A DNA stretch of 64,000 nt from an uncultured Fibrobacteraceae bacterium (GTDB lineage Bacteria > Krumholzibacteriota > Krumholzibacteriia > LZORAL124-64-63): the NCBI GenBank assembly GCA_964437115.1, contig CAYTFE010000004.1:1942-65941 (forward strand), written 5' to 3'. Of the stretch, positions 37,302-47,772 are shown piece after piece (the first letter of the stretch is position 1; every line of letters starts with the position of its first letter). The notes below the pieces were generated by a model that searched no databases, had not been told where the DNA came from, and saw nothing but the letters and a program-made list of their open reading frames with translations. The translations under genes were made by a program, and so were the position numbers.

Positions 37302-38077
37302 AATTCATCTCCGATTTTGATATCGTTGGCATTAAAAACAGGGCCATCCTTGCACGCGGTTTTGTAAGATCCGGCAATAGTTGGTACAACACAACCTCTG
37401 CACACTCCAAACCCGCACCCCATCCGCTCCTCCACAGACACAAAGCATTCCCAGCTGTTTTCTGTAGCCAGCTTTTTTACAGCCTGCAACAGTGGTGTAG
37501 GTCCACAAGAAAGCACAGTTGCATTTTCAGGCAATTCTAATGAGTTGATCATTTCAACTACATTGCCGTGAAACACTGTTTTGCCTTCTGGTATGTTCAC
37601 TTTGTTATCAACTGAAACCAGCCAATTTTCCGACAACAATTCCCAGGGGATATCGCTGCCATCGCGGCCACCAAAACAGAGTATATCAGATGATTGACCA
37701 TAAATTTTGGACCAGGAAAACATTGGCGGAAGCCCTACCCCACCTGCAATCAGGATGTGCGAAGTAGTTGAATCAGGTTCAGGGAATGGGTTGCCAAGTG
37801 GAGTAAGCAATTCAAGTTGTTGTCCGGGATTTGTCGATGCCAGCCTGTTTGTTCCACTACCTACAGCCTTGTATAACAACTGCATTTTTGTGCCGTTACA
37901 ATCGAGAATAGACAGCGGTCTGCCAAGTGTAGTTGGTTGTTCAACCCAATTAACCATACAAAACTGGCCTGGCAAAAAACCTGTTTTCTGCTGAAGGTTT
38001 ATCTCCAGCAAATACATCGATTCAGACACCATTCGGTTTTCCAGGACCTCACCAATAACAGTTAGCGGCTTATGCAA
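37298..38077 (-). CDS. pyrK: Dihydroorotate dehydrogenase electron-transfer subunit (FAD / 2Fe-2S)
   Basis: 259 aa; CGFGVCRGC 2Fe-2S motif; ATGA overlap with pyrD. Confidence 0.9.
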   Translation of the reverse strand: MHKPLTVIGEVLENRMVSESMYLLEINLQQKTGFLPGQFCMVNWVEQPTTLGRPLSILDCNGTKMQLLYKAVGSGTNRLASTNPGQQLELLTPLGNPFPEPDSTTSHILIAGGVGLPPMFSWSKIYGQSSDILCFGGRDGSDIPWELLSENWLVSVDNKVNIPEGKTVFHGNVVEMINSLELPENATVLSCGPTPLLQAVKKLATENSWECFVSVEERMGCGFGVCRGCVVPTIAGSYKTACKDGPVFNANDIKIGDEL

Positions 38078-38091
38078 AACTACTCTCCATG

Positions 38092-40215
38092 TTACAGACC
38101 ACGATATTTTTTCGCGGATCGTTTTTTGCGTTCTTTTTTCTCTTTTTCAGGAACTTGCCCGGCTCTGACTTCAATTGCCGATTCCAAATCGACAATCAAA
38201 CCGGACCCCTGCAATTTAATCAGGTGATATCCTTCAGAAAGCGGGATTTCAAATTGCACTAGTTCAGATGGACGACCATCTCTGTTATCACCATAACCTG
38301 CCAGCTCTGATGGGTTGAATATGAATGTCATGCCCTCAAGTGCAATTCCATCAACTGTTACATTGAGCAATACAACTTTTGGCACAGTTTCATCAGTATC
38401 AAAGTGAGCTCTCACATTTCCAGTTAAGAACCCTGACCCAGGGAATAAAAATGTCGTGCCGTTGTCGGCAAGTTTGAACCAAATCTCACTATTCTCTGCA
38501 ATATCTTCACCAAGCGGAGTTATTTGTCCTGCTGGCATACATTTTTCAACACCATTACTGGAAACAACAGAATCCCGTGCAGTTACAACCGGTTCAATTT
38601 CCGGTTCTATATTTGCTAATGAATCGGCTTCTGAAAATTGTTTGGCATCAAGTGCAGCAATAACAACAGATTCTGTTGGTTGCCAAATTTCAGGCCGTTG
38701 TTCCGGTGGTAGTGTCAGCATGGAATCAGAAACAGCTTGCAAGGAATCAGCCAGTTCTGCAAAAAGGATTTCGCGAGTTGCTATGGAGTCAGGTTCCTGG
38801 CTTTTCAAATACGAAAACAATGTTTCGCCATTTTTTTTCTGTAAGGAAAAAGCTTGAGAAGAATCCGGGTAGCGAACTAAGAGTGTGTCTATTGTTACAG
38901 CAGCTGAATCTGGTTGATCCAGGTAATCCCGATGAGTAATTGCAACCCCATAAAGTCCGCGCACTGCAGCAGAAGTATCTATACTGTCAGCAGAAGCAAC
39001 TTCCTTATAAAGAGGCAGAGCCAGATCCGGCCGTACCATACCAAACAACATTGCGTTTGCCTGAACCAGTTTTAATGCCGGCACTTGCTCAGGGCTTGCA
39101 GTATCAAGTCTTTGATCAGCAGCCAGATATCTGTCTAGAACATCTTTACGTGATTTTGTGCGATCAGGATTATCAAGTAATGTACTGCTTCTTGCAGCAC
39201 CTCTGTACTGTTCTAATGCTTCTTCAAGTCGCCACTGTTTAAAATAGATATCACCCATCAACTCGGCGCCACGGGTTCCAACTTCACCAGTATTCCATTC
39301 TGCTGGCATATTTTCAATCATCGGAGCTGCTTCATCCCATTTTTGCTGTGCTGCAAGGTTCTCTGCTTCAAGCAACATTACCAGGCCACCAGCTTCATAC
39401 ATCTCCTTTTCATCACTAAGCCCCGGCAACATTTGATTAACTTCTTCATATTGCTCCAGTTTTACAAGACATCGCCCAAGCAACAGCTTTGCTGAATAAG
39501 CATCAGCAGGTTTAGCTTCTGATTCTTGAATTGAACGCAATATATCGGCTGCTTCATTATATTCAGATAATTCCCAGTAACATTTTGCAAGTTTCAACTC
39601 GGCAGAAGCCGCTTTTCCCAAAGCATTATCATATTCTAGGTAAGCCAGCAAACTGATTTTAGCCGATTCCCACTCTTCCAGTGCAAAACTGTTCTCACCA
39701 GCAACACGATATGCTTCTGCCTGATATTCAGAGTCTGGGAAGCGATTGCCAAGCTTGGTGAGATAACTGTTTGATCCTGCGACATCGCCTATAAACAGAT
39801 AATTCATTGCCTGTAAATACAGGGACTCTTCTTCATTATCATCTGCGGGGAAATTTGTGAACAGCAATTCGAACTTACTTATCGACATTCTGTAGGAAGC
39901 AATCCGATGGTAGGACTTGGCCATTAAAAACAGTGCTTCATCAGTTAGTCCGCTACCAGGATAGTTTTCCATCAGCAGCTGACATTTTTTGACTGCCCGT
40001 TGATAAAGTTGGACCTGTGATCCAGTTGGCTGAGCAACATCTTCTCCAAGTTTTTCTCTATCTTGCCGTATCAGTTCTGCGTCTTTGTATGCTTTGTTTG
40101 CATTGTAGTAAGTATTGAATCGGACACAACTTACAAGTGTCAATAATAGAACCAACAACAGCAACCACCTCAAATGAGGTAGCTGCTGTTTTGTATTTGA
40201 ATTAACTTTTTTCAA
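38092..40215 (-). CDS. TPR-repeat lipoprotein embedded in the pyr operon
   Basis: 707 aa; lipoprotein signal (LLTLVSC); multiple TPR-like repeats; 4-bp overlap with pyrC. Confidence 0.6.
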   Translation of the reverse strand: MKKVNSNTKQQLPHLRWLLLLVLLLTLVSCVRFNTYYNANKAYKDAELIRQDREKLGEDVAQPTGSQVQLYQRAVKKCQLLMENYPGSGLTDEALFLMAKSYHRIASYRMSISKFELLFTNFPADDNEEESLYLQAMNYLFIGDVAGSNSYLTKLGNRFPDSEYQAEAYRVAGENSFALEEWESAKISLLAYLEYDNALGKAASAELKLAKCYWELSEYNEAADILRSIQESEAKPADAYSAKLLLGRCLVKLEQYEEVNQMLPGLSDEKEMYEAGGLVMLLEAENLAAQQKWDEAAPMIENMPAEWNTGEVGTRGAELMGDIYFKQWRLEEALEQYRGAARSSTLLDNPDRTKSRKDVLDRYLAADQRLDTASPEQVPALKLVQANAMLFGMVRPDLALPLYKEVASADSIDTSAAVRGLYGVAITHRDYLDQPDSAAVTIDTLLVRYPDSSQAFSLQKKNGETLFSYLKSQEPDSIATREILFAELADSLQAVSDSMLTLPPEQRPEIWQPTESVVIAALDAKQFSEADSLANIEPEIEPVVTARDSVVSSNGVEKCMPAGQITPLGEDIAENSEIWFKLADNGTTFLFPGSGFLTGNVRAHFDTDETVPKVVLLNVTVDGIALEGMTFIFNPSELAGYGDNRDGRPSELVQFEIPLSEGYHLIKLQGSGLIVDLESAIEVRAGQVPEKEKKERKKRSAKKYRGL

Positions 40216-41522
40216 CTGAAATCCTTATCTAACCAGGTGTTCCTGCCACCCATGAAAGTAGCTTTCACACGACCAGTAAGTTCCTCACCCAGCCAGGGTG
40301 AATTACTGCTGCGCGATTGTACCTCATCTGCAAGAACTGTCCACTGTTGCTCTGGATCAAACAACACAAAGTCAGCATCGGTTCCCTCTTCCAGCTTGCC
40401 ACCTGGCAAGTTGTAGATTTTCGCTGCTGCTTCAGTCATCAGATAGACCAACTTGCCAAGATCCAACTTCCCGGCTTTAACCAGTGAAGTTATGCCAACT
40501 GCAAGAGCAGTTTCCAGGCCGATGATACCAAATGGAGCCTGATCGAACATCAGTTCTTTTTCCATTACTGTGTGTGGGGCATGATCGGTTGCAATACAAT
40601 CAATCGTTCCATCACACAGACCTGCAATCACTGCCTCTACATCGGATTCTTCGCGCAAAGGCGGGTTCATCTTGAACATCGGTGAAAATGTCTGACAATG
40701 CGAGTGGTTGAGAGTAAAATGATGCGGAGTTGCTTCTGCAGTAACATTAATACCATCAGCTTTAGCACGCCGAACTGTTTCAACAGCACCTTTAGTAGAG
40801 ATATGTGCAACATGCAGATGACCACCGGTCGCACGAGCAAGCTCACAGTCACGATAAATCATGCTGTCCTCTGCAACACGCGGTATACCCGGTAAACCAA
40901 GCTTTGTAGACCAGCTACCGGCATGCATTACACCCCTGCCTGCCAGAGTTGTATCTTCAGCATGACAAGTAACAGGTATACCCAGCATTTTGGAGTACTG
41001 CAGTGCATATTTCATCAAGCTGCCGTTCATAACCGGAGCACCGTCATCGGTAAATCCGACTGCACCTGCTGCTACCATATCACCAAATTCTGTCAGCGAT
41101 TCACCATCCTGATTTTTGCTGATTGCGCCAGTAGGGAAAACCCTGCAAAGACCAGATTCACGTGCACGATCAAACTGGTAAGTTATCATCGGTGCAGAAT
41201 CAACTGGCGGCAGAGTGTTTGGCATTGTTACAACCGATGTAAAACCACCTGCTGCTGCGGCACGACTACCAGTGTGGATACTCTCTTTTTCTTCTCTACC
41301 CGGTTCACGGAAATGTACGTGTACATCGATAAAACCAGGTGAGAGAACTGCTCCATTACCGTCAAATGTGGGTACATTTTCAACAGAGTATTCTCCATCG
41401 CCGACAGCTTTTACTTTGCCGTCTTTAACATGTAGATAACCAGTCTCAGCGGACAGCTTGCCACCGAGGCAAAGCTTGACATTATGTACCAAATATTCCT
41501 GTGGAATTGTTTTCCAGTCCAT
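40212..41522 (-). CDS. pyrC: Dihydroorotase
   Basis: 436 aa; GFIDVHVHFREPG, metal-binding His/Asp pattern. Confidence 0.9.
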   Translation of the reverse strand: MDWKTIPQEYLVHNVKLCLGGKLSAETGYLHVKDGKVKAVGDGEYSVENVPTFDGNGAVLSPGFIDVHVHFREPGREEKESIHTGSRAAAAGGFTSVVTMPNTLPPVDSAPMITYQFDRARESGLCRVFPTGAISKNQDGESLTEFGDMVAAGAVGFTDDGAPVMNGSLMKYALQYSKMLGIPVTCHAEDTTLAGRGVMHAGSWSTKLGLPGIPRVAEDSMIYRDCELARATGGHLHVAHISTKGAVETVRRAKADGINVTAEATPHHFTLNHSHCQTFSPMFKMNPPLREESDVEAVIAGLCDGTIDCIATDHAPHTVMEKELMFDQAPFGIIGLETALAVGITSLVKAGKLDLGKLVYLMTEAAAKIYNLPGGKLEEGTDADFVLFDPEQQWTVLADEVQSRSSNSPWLGEELTGRVKATFMGGRNTWLDKDFS

Positions 41523-41525
41523 TAC

Positions 41526-42470
41526 TTAACCCCTTCCTGCAAGGCTGCCAGGATCTCCACCAGACAGCAGATAAATTACTGCCATTCGCACTGCAACACC
41601 GTTGGTAACCTGATCAAGAATCACTTGACGAGGGCCATCGGCAACAGCGCTGCTAATTTCAACTTCACGATTCATAGGTCCAGGATGCATGACAAAGCAC
41701 TCAGGCTTGGTTGTGCGTAACACATCTTCATCGATACCAAACATCAGCGCATATTCACGATTACTCGGGAAAACCATTTGGCTTTGTCGCTCAAGTTGAA
41801 TACGTAAGATGTTCAGCACATCAGCATCTCTGACAGCTTTTTTCAGGTCATATTCAACCTTTGCACCAAGCTGCTCCATCGCACCGGGAACCATTGTTGG
41901 TGGACCACACAGTGTGACTTCTGCACCAAGTTTGGTTAAACCGTAGATGTTGGAACGAGCGACGCGAGAGTGCGAGATATCTCCTATAATCGTAATCTTT
42001 TTGCCCTCAAGAGAGCCAAGCTTATGACGCATAGTCATGATATCAAGCAGCCCTTGAGTTGGATGCTCATGAGGACCATCGCCTGCGTTGATTACCGATG
42101 CCTCCAGAACATCTGCCAGATACTGAGCAGCACCTGGTGATGAGTGACGCATCACAATCATATCGATTTTCATAGCGGCAATGTTCTCTGCAGTATCACG
42201 CAGTGTTTCGCCTTTTTTCAATGACGATGATGATGCCGAAAAATTAATAATGTCAGCGGAGAGACGTTGTTCAGCTAACTCAAAACTGATTCTTGTTCTT
42301 GTGCTTGGCTCAAAGAAGAGATTCACAACAGTTTTACCACGCATGATTGGCACCTTACGCACAGGTCTGTCAAAAACAGCCCGGAATGCGTCGGCAGTAT
42401 CAAGAATCAACGTGATTTCTTCCTGTGACATCTGCTCAAGGCCAATGAGGTCCTTGCTCGAAAGTGCCAT
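41526..42470 (-). CDS. pyrB: Aspartate carbamoyltransferase catalytic subunit
   Basis: 314 aa; STRTR, HPTQ, HPGP motifs. Confidence 0.93.
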   Translation of the reverse strand: MALSSKDLIGLEQMSQEEITLILDTADAFRAVFDRPVRKVPIMRGKTVVNLFFEPSTRTRISFELAEQRLSADIINFSASSSSLKKGETLRDTAENIAAMKIDMIVMRHSSPGAAQYLADVLEASVINAGDGPHEHPTQGLLDIMTMRHKLGSLEGKKITIIGDISHSRVARSNIYGLTKLGAEVTLCGPPTMVPGAMEQLGAKVEYDLKKAVRDADVLNILRIQLERQSQMVFPSNREYALMFGIDEDVLRTTKPECFVMHPGPMNREVEISSAVADGPRQVILDQVTNGVAVRMAVIYLLSGGDPGSLAGRG

Positions 42471-43018
42471 TATGCTCTGCCCTCCCCAACTACAACTTCA
42501 GTACATCCGTCGTGTTCCTTGACGCGGACTTTGATAATCTCTTTTTGGGAAGTTGGAACATTCTTGCCAACAAAATCAGGGCGAATTGGCAACTCGCGGT
42601 GGCCTCTGTCAATAACAACTGCAAGTTGGATTATTTTTGGTCGACCCCAGTCCATAATCTCATCCATCGCTGCACGAACAGTTCGGCCTGTGTAAAGAAC
42701 ATCGTCAATCAGAATTACGTTCTTGTCTGTTACATCCATCGGAACTTCAGTTGCAGCCACTCGTGGCGCTGGGCCAACAGTAGATAGATCATCGCGGTAG
42801 AATGTGATGTCGATAGCACCAAGTGGCACTTTCACATTTTCAACTTTTTCAATAATATCGCCGATAAGTGCTGCAAGCGGCACACCTCGACGCTGAATGC
42901 CAAGCAAAATCAGGTCATCAGTACCCTTATTTGCTTCGATAATTTCATGAGCTACTCTGGTAAGTGCTCTGTTCACTTCCTTTTCGGTCATGATCACATT
43001 TTTTTGGATAAATTCCAT
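42470..43018 (-). CDS. pyrR: Bifunctional pyrimidine operon regulatory protein / uracil phosphoribosyltransferase PyrR
   Basis: 182 aa; QKNVIMTEKEVNRALTRVAHEII...ILIDDVLYTGRT PRTase motif. Confidence 0.9.
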   Translation of the reverse strand: MEFIQKNVIMTEKEVNRALTRVAHEIIEANKGTDDLILLGIQRRGVPLAALIGDIIEKVENVKVPLGAIDITFYRDDLSTVGPAPRVAATEVPMDVTDKNVILIDDVLYTGRTVRAAMDEIMDWGRPKIIQLAVVIDRGHRELPIRPDFVGKNVPTSQKEIIKVRVKEHDGCTEVVVGEGRA

Positions 43019-43048
43019 TGTCTCTCCTACAGGATAGGCAGTTTACAC

Positions 43049-43080
43049 AAAAAAAAAGACACCGGCTCCAGGCCAATGTC
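43049..43080 (-). terminator. pyrR leader attenuator terminator
   Basis: Minus-strand RNA GACAUUGGC-CUGGA-GCCGGUGUC hairpin (9 bp incl. 2 G-U) followed by U9, 30 nt upstream of the pyrR ATG. Confidence 0.55.
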
Positions 43081-43106
43081 AGTTTTGCTTTTTCCGCCCC
43101 CCCTTT

Positions 43107-43123
43107 GGACCTCTCTGGGTCAC
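43107..43123 (-). promoter_or_regulatory. Putative PyrR-binding loop in pyr leader RNA
   Basis: Minus-strand RNA GUGACCCAGAGAGGUCC contains the conserved CCAGAGAGG core of PyrR binding loops, positioned upstream of the attenuator terminator. Confidence 0.5.
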
Positions 43124-43196
43124 ATTAAAAGGTAAGCCTCGTGGTGAACTATTGAATTCAATGTAGCAGGGATTCAGGGAGTTTGCAAGATATCAA

Positions 43197-43952
43197 TCAT
43201 TCGTCCTCCAACTCCTGTAGATACCGCCTGGCCAGCTTACTCCAGGACGAACTGTTATCGAGTTTCAAGAACTTCTTCCAGGTTTTGATTGCTTCATTTT
43301 TCTCATCAAGTTCAGTCAGGCATCTGGCAAGGGAGAACAACGCAGCGGAGTTTTTGGGTTCTGCTTTGGTAATTGTTTTAAAAACGGCTGTGGCTTCAGA
43401 ATATCGATCGGAACTGAATAAAACATTACCTCTGGCCTGCATTACCTGCATGTCATTTGGCCATTCCTCTTGCACTACATTCAACAACTCCAACGCAGAG
43501 TTCAGGTTACCAAGCTGCAATTCAACAAGACCCAGGTTATAGCGTGCATTTTGAAATTCAGAGTCAATATCAAGGGCACTTCTAAACAACGCCAGGGCAT
43601 CTGTGCTTCGACCCTGTTTCATAGCAGCAACACCTGAATTGTAAGCATCGATTGCTTCCATCCGCACAGAAATAATCTGCCACTGTCGATTGGTAAACCT
43701 CAGAGTCAACTCACTACCGGACTCAGGTTCTGCCTTTAACTTGTTGTCTGATTTGATAACCCGGACTTGAGTGATATCATCAAAATAGTTGAGTGCGATT
43801 TCCTTGAGAGACTCACCTTCAGCTACTCTATGAACTAAAGTATGTGGTCGTTCTGTCATTACTGGTTCATCCATTTGAGCAGAACGCCATTGCATTTTGC
43901 TACATCCTGATAACAACAGCAGACATAGAAGCAGTATAGTTATTTTTTTCAT
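43197..43952 (-). CDS. TPR-repeat lipoprotein
   Basis: 251 aa; lipoprotein signal LLLSGCSK; TPR repeats. Confidence 0.6.
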   Translation of the reverse strand: MKKITILLLCLLLLSGCSKMQWRSAQMDEPVMTERPHTLVHRVAEGESLKEIALNYFDDITQVRVIKSDNKLKAEPESGSELTLRFTNRQWQIISVRMEAIDAYNSGVAAMKQGRSTDALALFRSALDIDSEFQNARYNLGLVELQLGNLNSALELLNVVQEEWPNDMQVMQARGNVLFSSDRYSEATAVFKTITKAEPKNSAALFSLARCLTELDEKNEAIKTWKKFLKLDNSSSWSKLARRYLQELEDE

Positions 43953-44932
43953 TTGCTACGCATCTCCCTCAAAATCGACAACATCTCTTCTGCTGTATCG
44001 GTTTCATAAAGCTCTCTGCGAATTGCGGCTGCACCATCAAAACCTCTGATATATCTGGCAATATGTTTGCGCACAATACGAGAGCCGATTACTTCGCCTC
44101 TCAATGAACCGACATCGGCAATATGTGTCTCAACAACATCCAGGATATCATCCAGTGAAGGTTTTGTCGTTTTTTGACCTCTATCAGCCGCTTCCATCTC
44201 GCTGAACAACCATGGATTCCCGATAGCTCCTCTGCCTACCATCACAGCATGACACTTTGTATGCTCGCACATTCTGCTGAAGGATTCTCCGTCGACGACA
44301 TCGCCATTGCCGATTACAGGAATATCGAGTACTTCAACCAACCCTGCAATTGCATCCCAATTTGCTTCTCCCCGATACTTCTGCGCCCTGCTTCTGCCGT
44401 GTAAAGTAACCCAGCAAACACCAGCATCCTGCAACAATAAACCGGTTTCAATATAGTTTATACTCTCTTCATCCCAGCCTGTTCTGATCTTCGCAGAAAC
44501 AGGTACCGGGCTGGCCTCAACTACTGCTTTTGTAATTGCTTCCAACAACGGCAGATCAGAAAGCAGCGCACTGCCACCACACTTTTTTACAACTTTTTTT
44601 GCAGGACAACCAAAATTCAGATCCAGAATATCAAGCCGTTTACCACGCATCAAGCGAGCTGCTGAGGCCAACGCTTCCGGCTCATTTCCAAACAGCTGTA
44701 CTCCAATCGGATCAACTTCATCTTGAGTATCAACCAGTTTCCAGGTATTGGGGCTGTCGTATATCAAACCTTTGGCAGCAGTAAATTCACAGAATGCAAG
44801 CTGGGCACCAAATGGCCTGCAGGCGTTACGGAATGATCGATCAGTAACTCCTGCCATTGGCGAAAGTACTCGCCTGACAGGTTCAAACCAATCAACCCTG
44901 GAATCTATTTTTGTTTTTTTGCGTTCCAGCAA
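43949..44932 (-). CDS. tRNA-dihydrouridine synthase (Dus family)
   Basis: 327 aa; SPMAGVTD, DLNFGCP catalytic Cys, TLHGR motifs. Confidence 0.85.
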   Translation of the reverse strand: MLERKKTKIDSRVDWFEPVRRVLSPMAGVTDRSFRNACRPFGAQLAFCEFTAAKGLIYDSPNTWKLVDTQDEVDPIGVQLFGNEPEALASAARLMRGKRLDILDLNFGCPAKKVVKKCGGSALLSDLPLLEAITKAVVEASPVPVSAKIRTGWDEESINYIETGLLLQDAGVCWVTLHGRSRAQKYRGEANWDAIAGLVEVLDIPVIGNGDVVDGESFSRMCEHTKCHAVMVGRGAIGNPWLFSEMEAADRGQKTTKPSLDDILDVVETHIADVGSLRGEVIGSRIVRKHIARYIRGFDGAAAIRRELYETDTAEEMLSILREMRSK

Positions 44933-45033
44933 ACTTTTTACTCCATTGAAATATTATGCCTGTAAATTTGCATGATTTCACATATCATACAACAACAAGT
45001 TAACTCTCTCAAATACAGAAGGCTGTAATAAAA

Positions 45034-46074
45034 TTGAATGTAACTTTCATTAACTCGATGAAAATGTTTGGCGGCGCAGAAGTGTGGCAGCTTGATACCG
45101 TAATTGAGTTAAATAAAAAAGGCTATCAAACTGATCTTATTACACAGCCCAACACCCCTCTTGCCCAAAAAGCAGGCTCTCTCTGCACAGAAATTCCGAT
45201 TCGATTTGACACCGCGCCCTGGACAATTTTCAAACTTTACAATCACTTCCGCAGTCACAACACCGATGCAATTATCTGTAATTCAATCAAAGACCTGAAA
45301 GCAGCAGGAGTTGCAGCGCGACTGGCAGGTGTTCCAGTTGTCTTTTTGAGCAGAGAAAGTGATGTTCCGCTTCGTAACAGATTTTATTATCGATTTTATC
45401 TTAACACAATTGCAACCGGAGTACTCGTCAACTCCATTGCAACTTTTGAAACAACTCTTGAATCTGCACCCTGGCTGAATAGAGAAAAGGTGCACATTTT
45501 ATACAAGGGAATTGATACAAATCGATTTTCCAGAACACCATTTCCAGATAAACCAACGCTCGGTTTTGCCGGAGAACTGTCAGCTCGTAAAGGGATCCCC
45601 GAGTTGATGCAGGCTTGGGAATCGGTAGAGAATGAATTCGATGCCGACTTGTTGATACGCGGTACTGGCGATATTGACATTGAAAAATGGCGCAAAAACC
45701 TGAACTGCCCGGAAAGAGTTACAGTTGAACCGTGGTCTGATGACATGCCTGACTTTTACAGACGAATTTCTGTACTGGCTCTCCCTTCTTTCAATGAAGG
45801 TTTCGGTCTGGTTGCTGCTGAGGCAATGTCTGCAGGAAAACCTGTAATTGCGTCAAATTGCAGTTCATTGCCGGAAGTGGTTGGGAACACCGGAAAACTG
45901 GTTGAATCGGGAAATGTGCACCAACTTGGTAAAACCATTATTACTCTGTTGTCGGATTCTGAAGAATGTGAGATGCTGGGCCTACAAGGCAGACAAAGGA
46001 TTGAGCAGAAATTCAATAAAGATAATATGTTGATGCAGTTAGAACTGTTGCTCTCAGGGGGTAGTCTTGAGTAA
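45034..46074 (+). CDS. Family 4 (GT-B) glycosyltransferase
   Basis: 346 aa; EGFGLVAAEAMSAGKPVIAS (E-x7-E-like GT4 motif). Confidence 0.8.
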   Translation: MNVTFINSMKMFGGAEVWQLDTVIELNKKGYQTDLITQPNTPLAQKAGSLCTEIPIRFDTAPWTIFKLYNHFRSHNTDAIICNSIKDLKAAGVAARLAGVPVVFLSRESDVPLRNRFYYRFYLNTIATGVLVNSIATFETTLESAPWLNREKVHILYKGIDTNRFSRTPFPDKPTLGFAGELSARKGIPELMQAWESVENEFDADLLIRGTGDIDIEKWRKNLNCPERVTVEPWSDDMPDFYRRISVLALPSFNEGFGLVAAEAMSAGKPVIASNCSSLPEVVGNTGKLVESGNVHQLGKTIITLLSDSEECEMLGLQGRQRIEQKFNKDNMLMQLELLLSGGSLE

Positions 46075-46861
46075 ATTAATCTTATCTGTAGTGCAAAATT
46101 CGCCTGAGTTTGGCCAGGTTCAAGCCAATATCGAGCAAGCTTTGAGCTTTATTCCAGCTGAAGCTGAACTAGCCGTTTTACCTGAACTGTTTGCTACCGG
46201 GTATCAGTTTATTAATCGTGATGAACTTGCCAGTTTTGCTGAACCTGTGCCCGATGGACCGACCTGCAGAGCTTTGCTGAAATATGCTGCTTCTGAAAAC
46301 TGTGCCATAATTGCCGGCCTGCCTGAAAAATCCGGGGACCATATCTTCAACAGTTCTGTTTTATGCAAACCTGATGGTAGCGTGGAAATTTATAGAAAAA
46401 TCCATCTCTTCTGGGCGGAGAAACTCATTTTTGATCCTGGTGATATGGGATTTCCTGTTCAGAAATTTGGAAACTTTACTATCGGAATGATGATTTGTTT
46501 TGATTGGATTTTTCCTGAATCTGCCAGAAGCCTGGTACTTGAAGGAGCGCAACTGGTTTGCCATCCATCAAATCTGATATTGCCTTTCTGCCCTGCTGCA
46601 ATGATTACTCGTAGCATCGAAAACAGAATCTATACTGTTACAGCAAATCGTATTGGCACAGAACATCGCACTGACCTGTCATTGACGTTTATTGGATGCA
46701 GTCAGATTGTCGGCCCTGGCGGCGATATACTTGCATCGTTATCTGATAATGAAGTTGGAGCTGCAACTGCAGAAATCGACCTTATGACTATTGATAAAAT
46801 GATGACTCCACAAAATGATATTCTTCTGGATAGAAGACCAGAGTTTTATAAACTGAAATAA
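46067..46861 (+). CDS. Carbon-nitrogen hydrolase (nitrilase superfamily) protein
   Basis: 264 aa; E-K-C triad context (LPELF, CFDWIFPE with catalytic Cys). Confidence 0.8.
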   Translation: MSKLILSVVQNSPEFGQVQANIEQALSFIPAEAELAVLPELFATGYQFINRDELASFAEPVPDGPTCRALLKYAASENCAIIAGLPEKSGDHIFNSSVLCKPDGSVEIYRKIHLFWAEKLIFDPGDMGFPVQKFGNFTIGMMICFDWIFPESARSLVLEGAQLVCHPSNLILPFCPAAMITRSIENRIYTVTANRIGTEHRTDLSLTFIGCSQIVGPGGDILASLSDNEVGAATAEIDLMTIDKMMTPQNDILLDRRPEFYKLK

Positions 46862-47733
46862 TTCTCGGTAAACTCGGCCATAGTTGTAAAATCACCACGT
46901 TGCAACAGTTTTTCAAGTTTTGGTAAAGTTGTAGATTGTCCACCCTGACTGCGGAATTTTAGAATCCCCCCCTGGCCACAATCCGGCAACTTGTCATCAA
47001 TTTCCCAGGGATGCAGATAAGTAATAACCGGCACTCCCTGGCGCTTTGCCATTTTTCCCAATATCGGTTGTACGAACCCAGGCAACAACCGCATATATCC
47101 GCCACCAGAAAATGGAATATTTATTCCCATCAAGCGCAGAGTAGTCATTGGAATAATAGCCAATCCATTGTCTGCAATAAATGGTTTTCTGGGAGCATCT
47201 GGCTGACCGTAGCGAGGATGCTTTACTGGAAAAGTAGAACAGTCATAAGTGAAACCCTTTTCCCGAAGTACATCCCGGAAGCAGTAAACAGGCGGAGTCA
47301 TGGTAAAACTTGGCGCTCGATACCCTTTTACAGATTCAATTCCAGCCACTGACAATGCTTTCAATGCACGGTCAACATCATCGCTGAATTGCTGTTGAGT
47401 CATCTCAAATAAAACAGGATGAGCATATGAATGGCATGCAATTTCATGACCCAAGTCATGAATTTTCTTCACAAGTTCCGGGTGTCGATCAGCAGTCCAG
47501 CCAAGCACAAAAAAAGTCGCTTTTACCTTATATTTACCCAATAGATTCAACAGCTTTTCGCTATTCTGTTCAACTCTTGACTCCTGGCTGTCCCATTCTG
47601 ATGGAGGGGTACACTCAATATAGTTATGACCGTGAAACCACTCTTCAAGATCGATGGTTAATATATCAGGAACCTGATTCAAAATTACCTCAAATAAATA
47701 TCGCCAAAGCGACAACTCGAAACTACACTTCAT
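46846..47733 (-). CDS. Polysaccharide deacetylase (NodB-homology) family protein
   Basis: 295 aa; TIDLEEWFH, HSYAHP motifs. Confidence 0.75.
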   Translation of the reverse strand: MKCSFELSLWRYLFEVILNQVPDILTIDLEEWFHGHNYIECTPPSEWDSQESRVEQNSEKLLNLLGKYKVKATFFVLGWTADRHPELVKKIHDLGHEIACHSYAHPVLFEMTQQQFSDDVDRALKALSVAGIESVKGYRAPSFTMTPPVYCFRDVLREKGFTYDCSTFPVKHPRYGQPDAPRKPFIADNGLAIIPMTTLRLMGINIPFSGGGYMRLLPGFVQPILGKMAKRQGVPVITYLHPWEIDDKLPDCGQGGILKFRSQGGQSTTLPKLEKLLQRGDFTTMAEFTENYFSL

Positions 47734-47772
47734 CTATCTTTCGCAGGTTCATCATATCCAAAGGCAGAGTAA

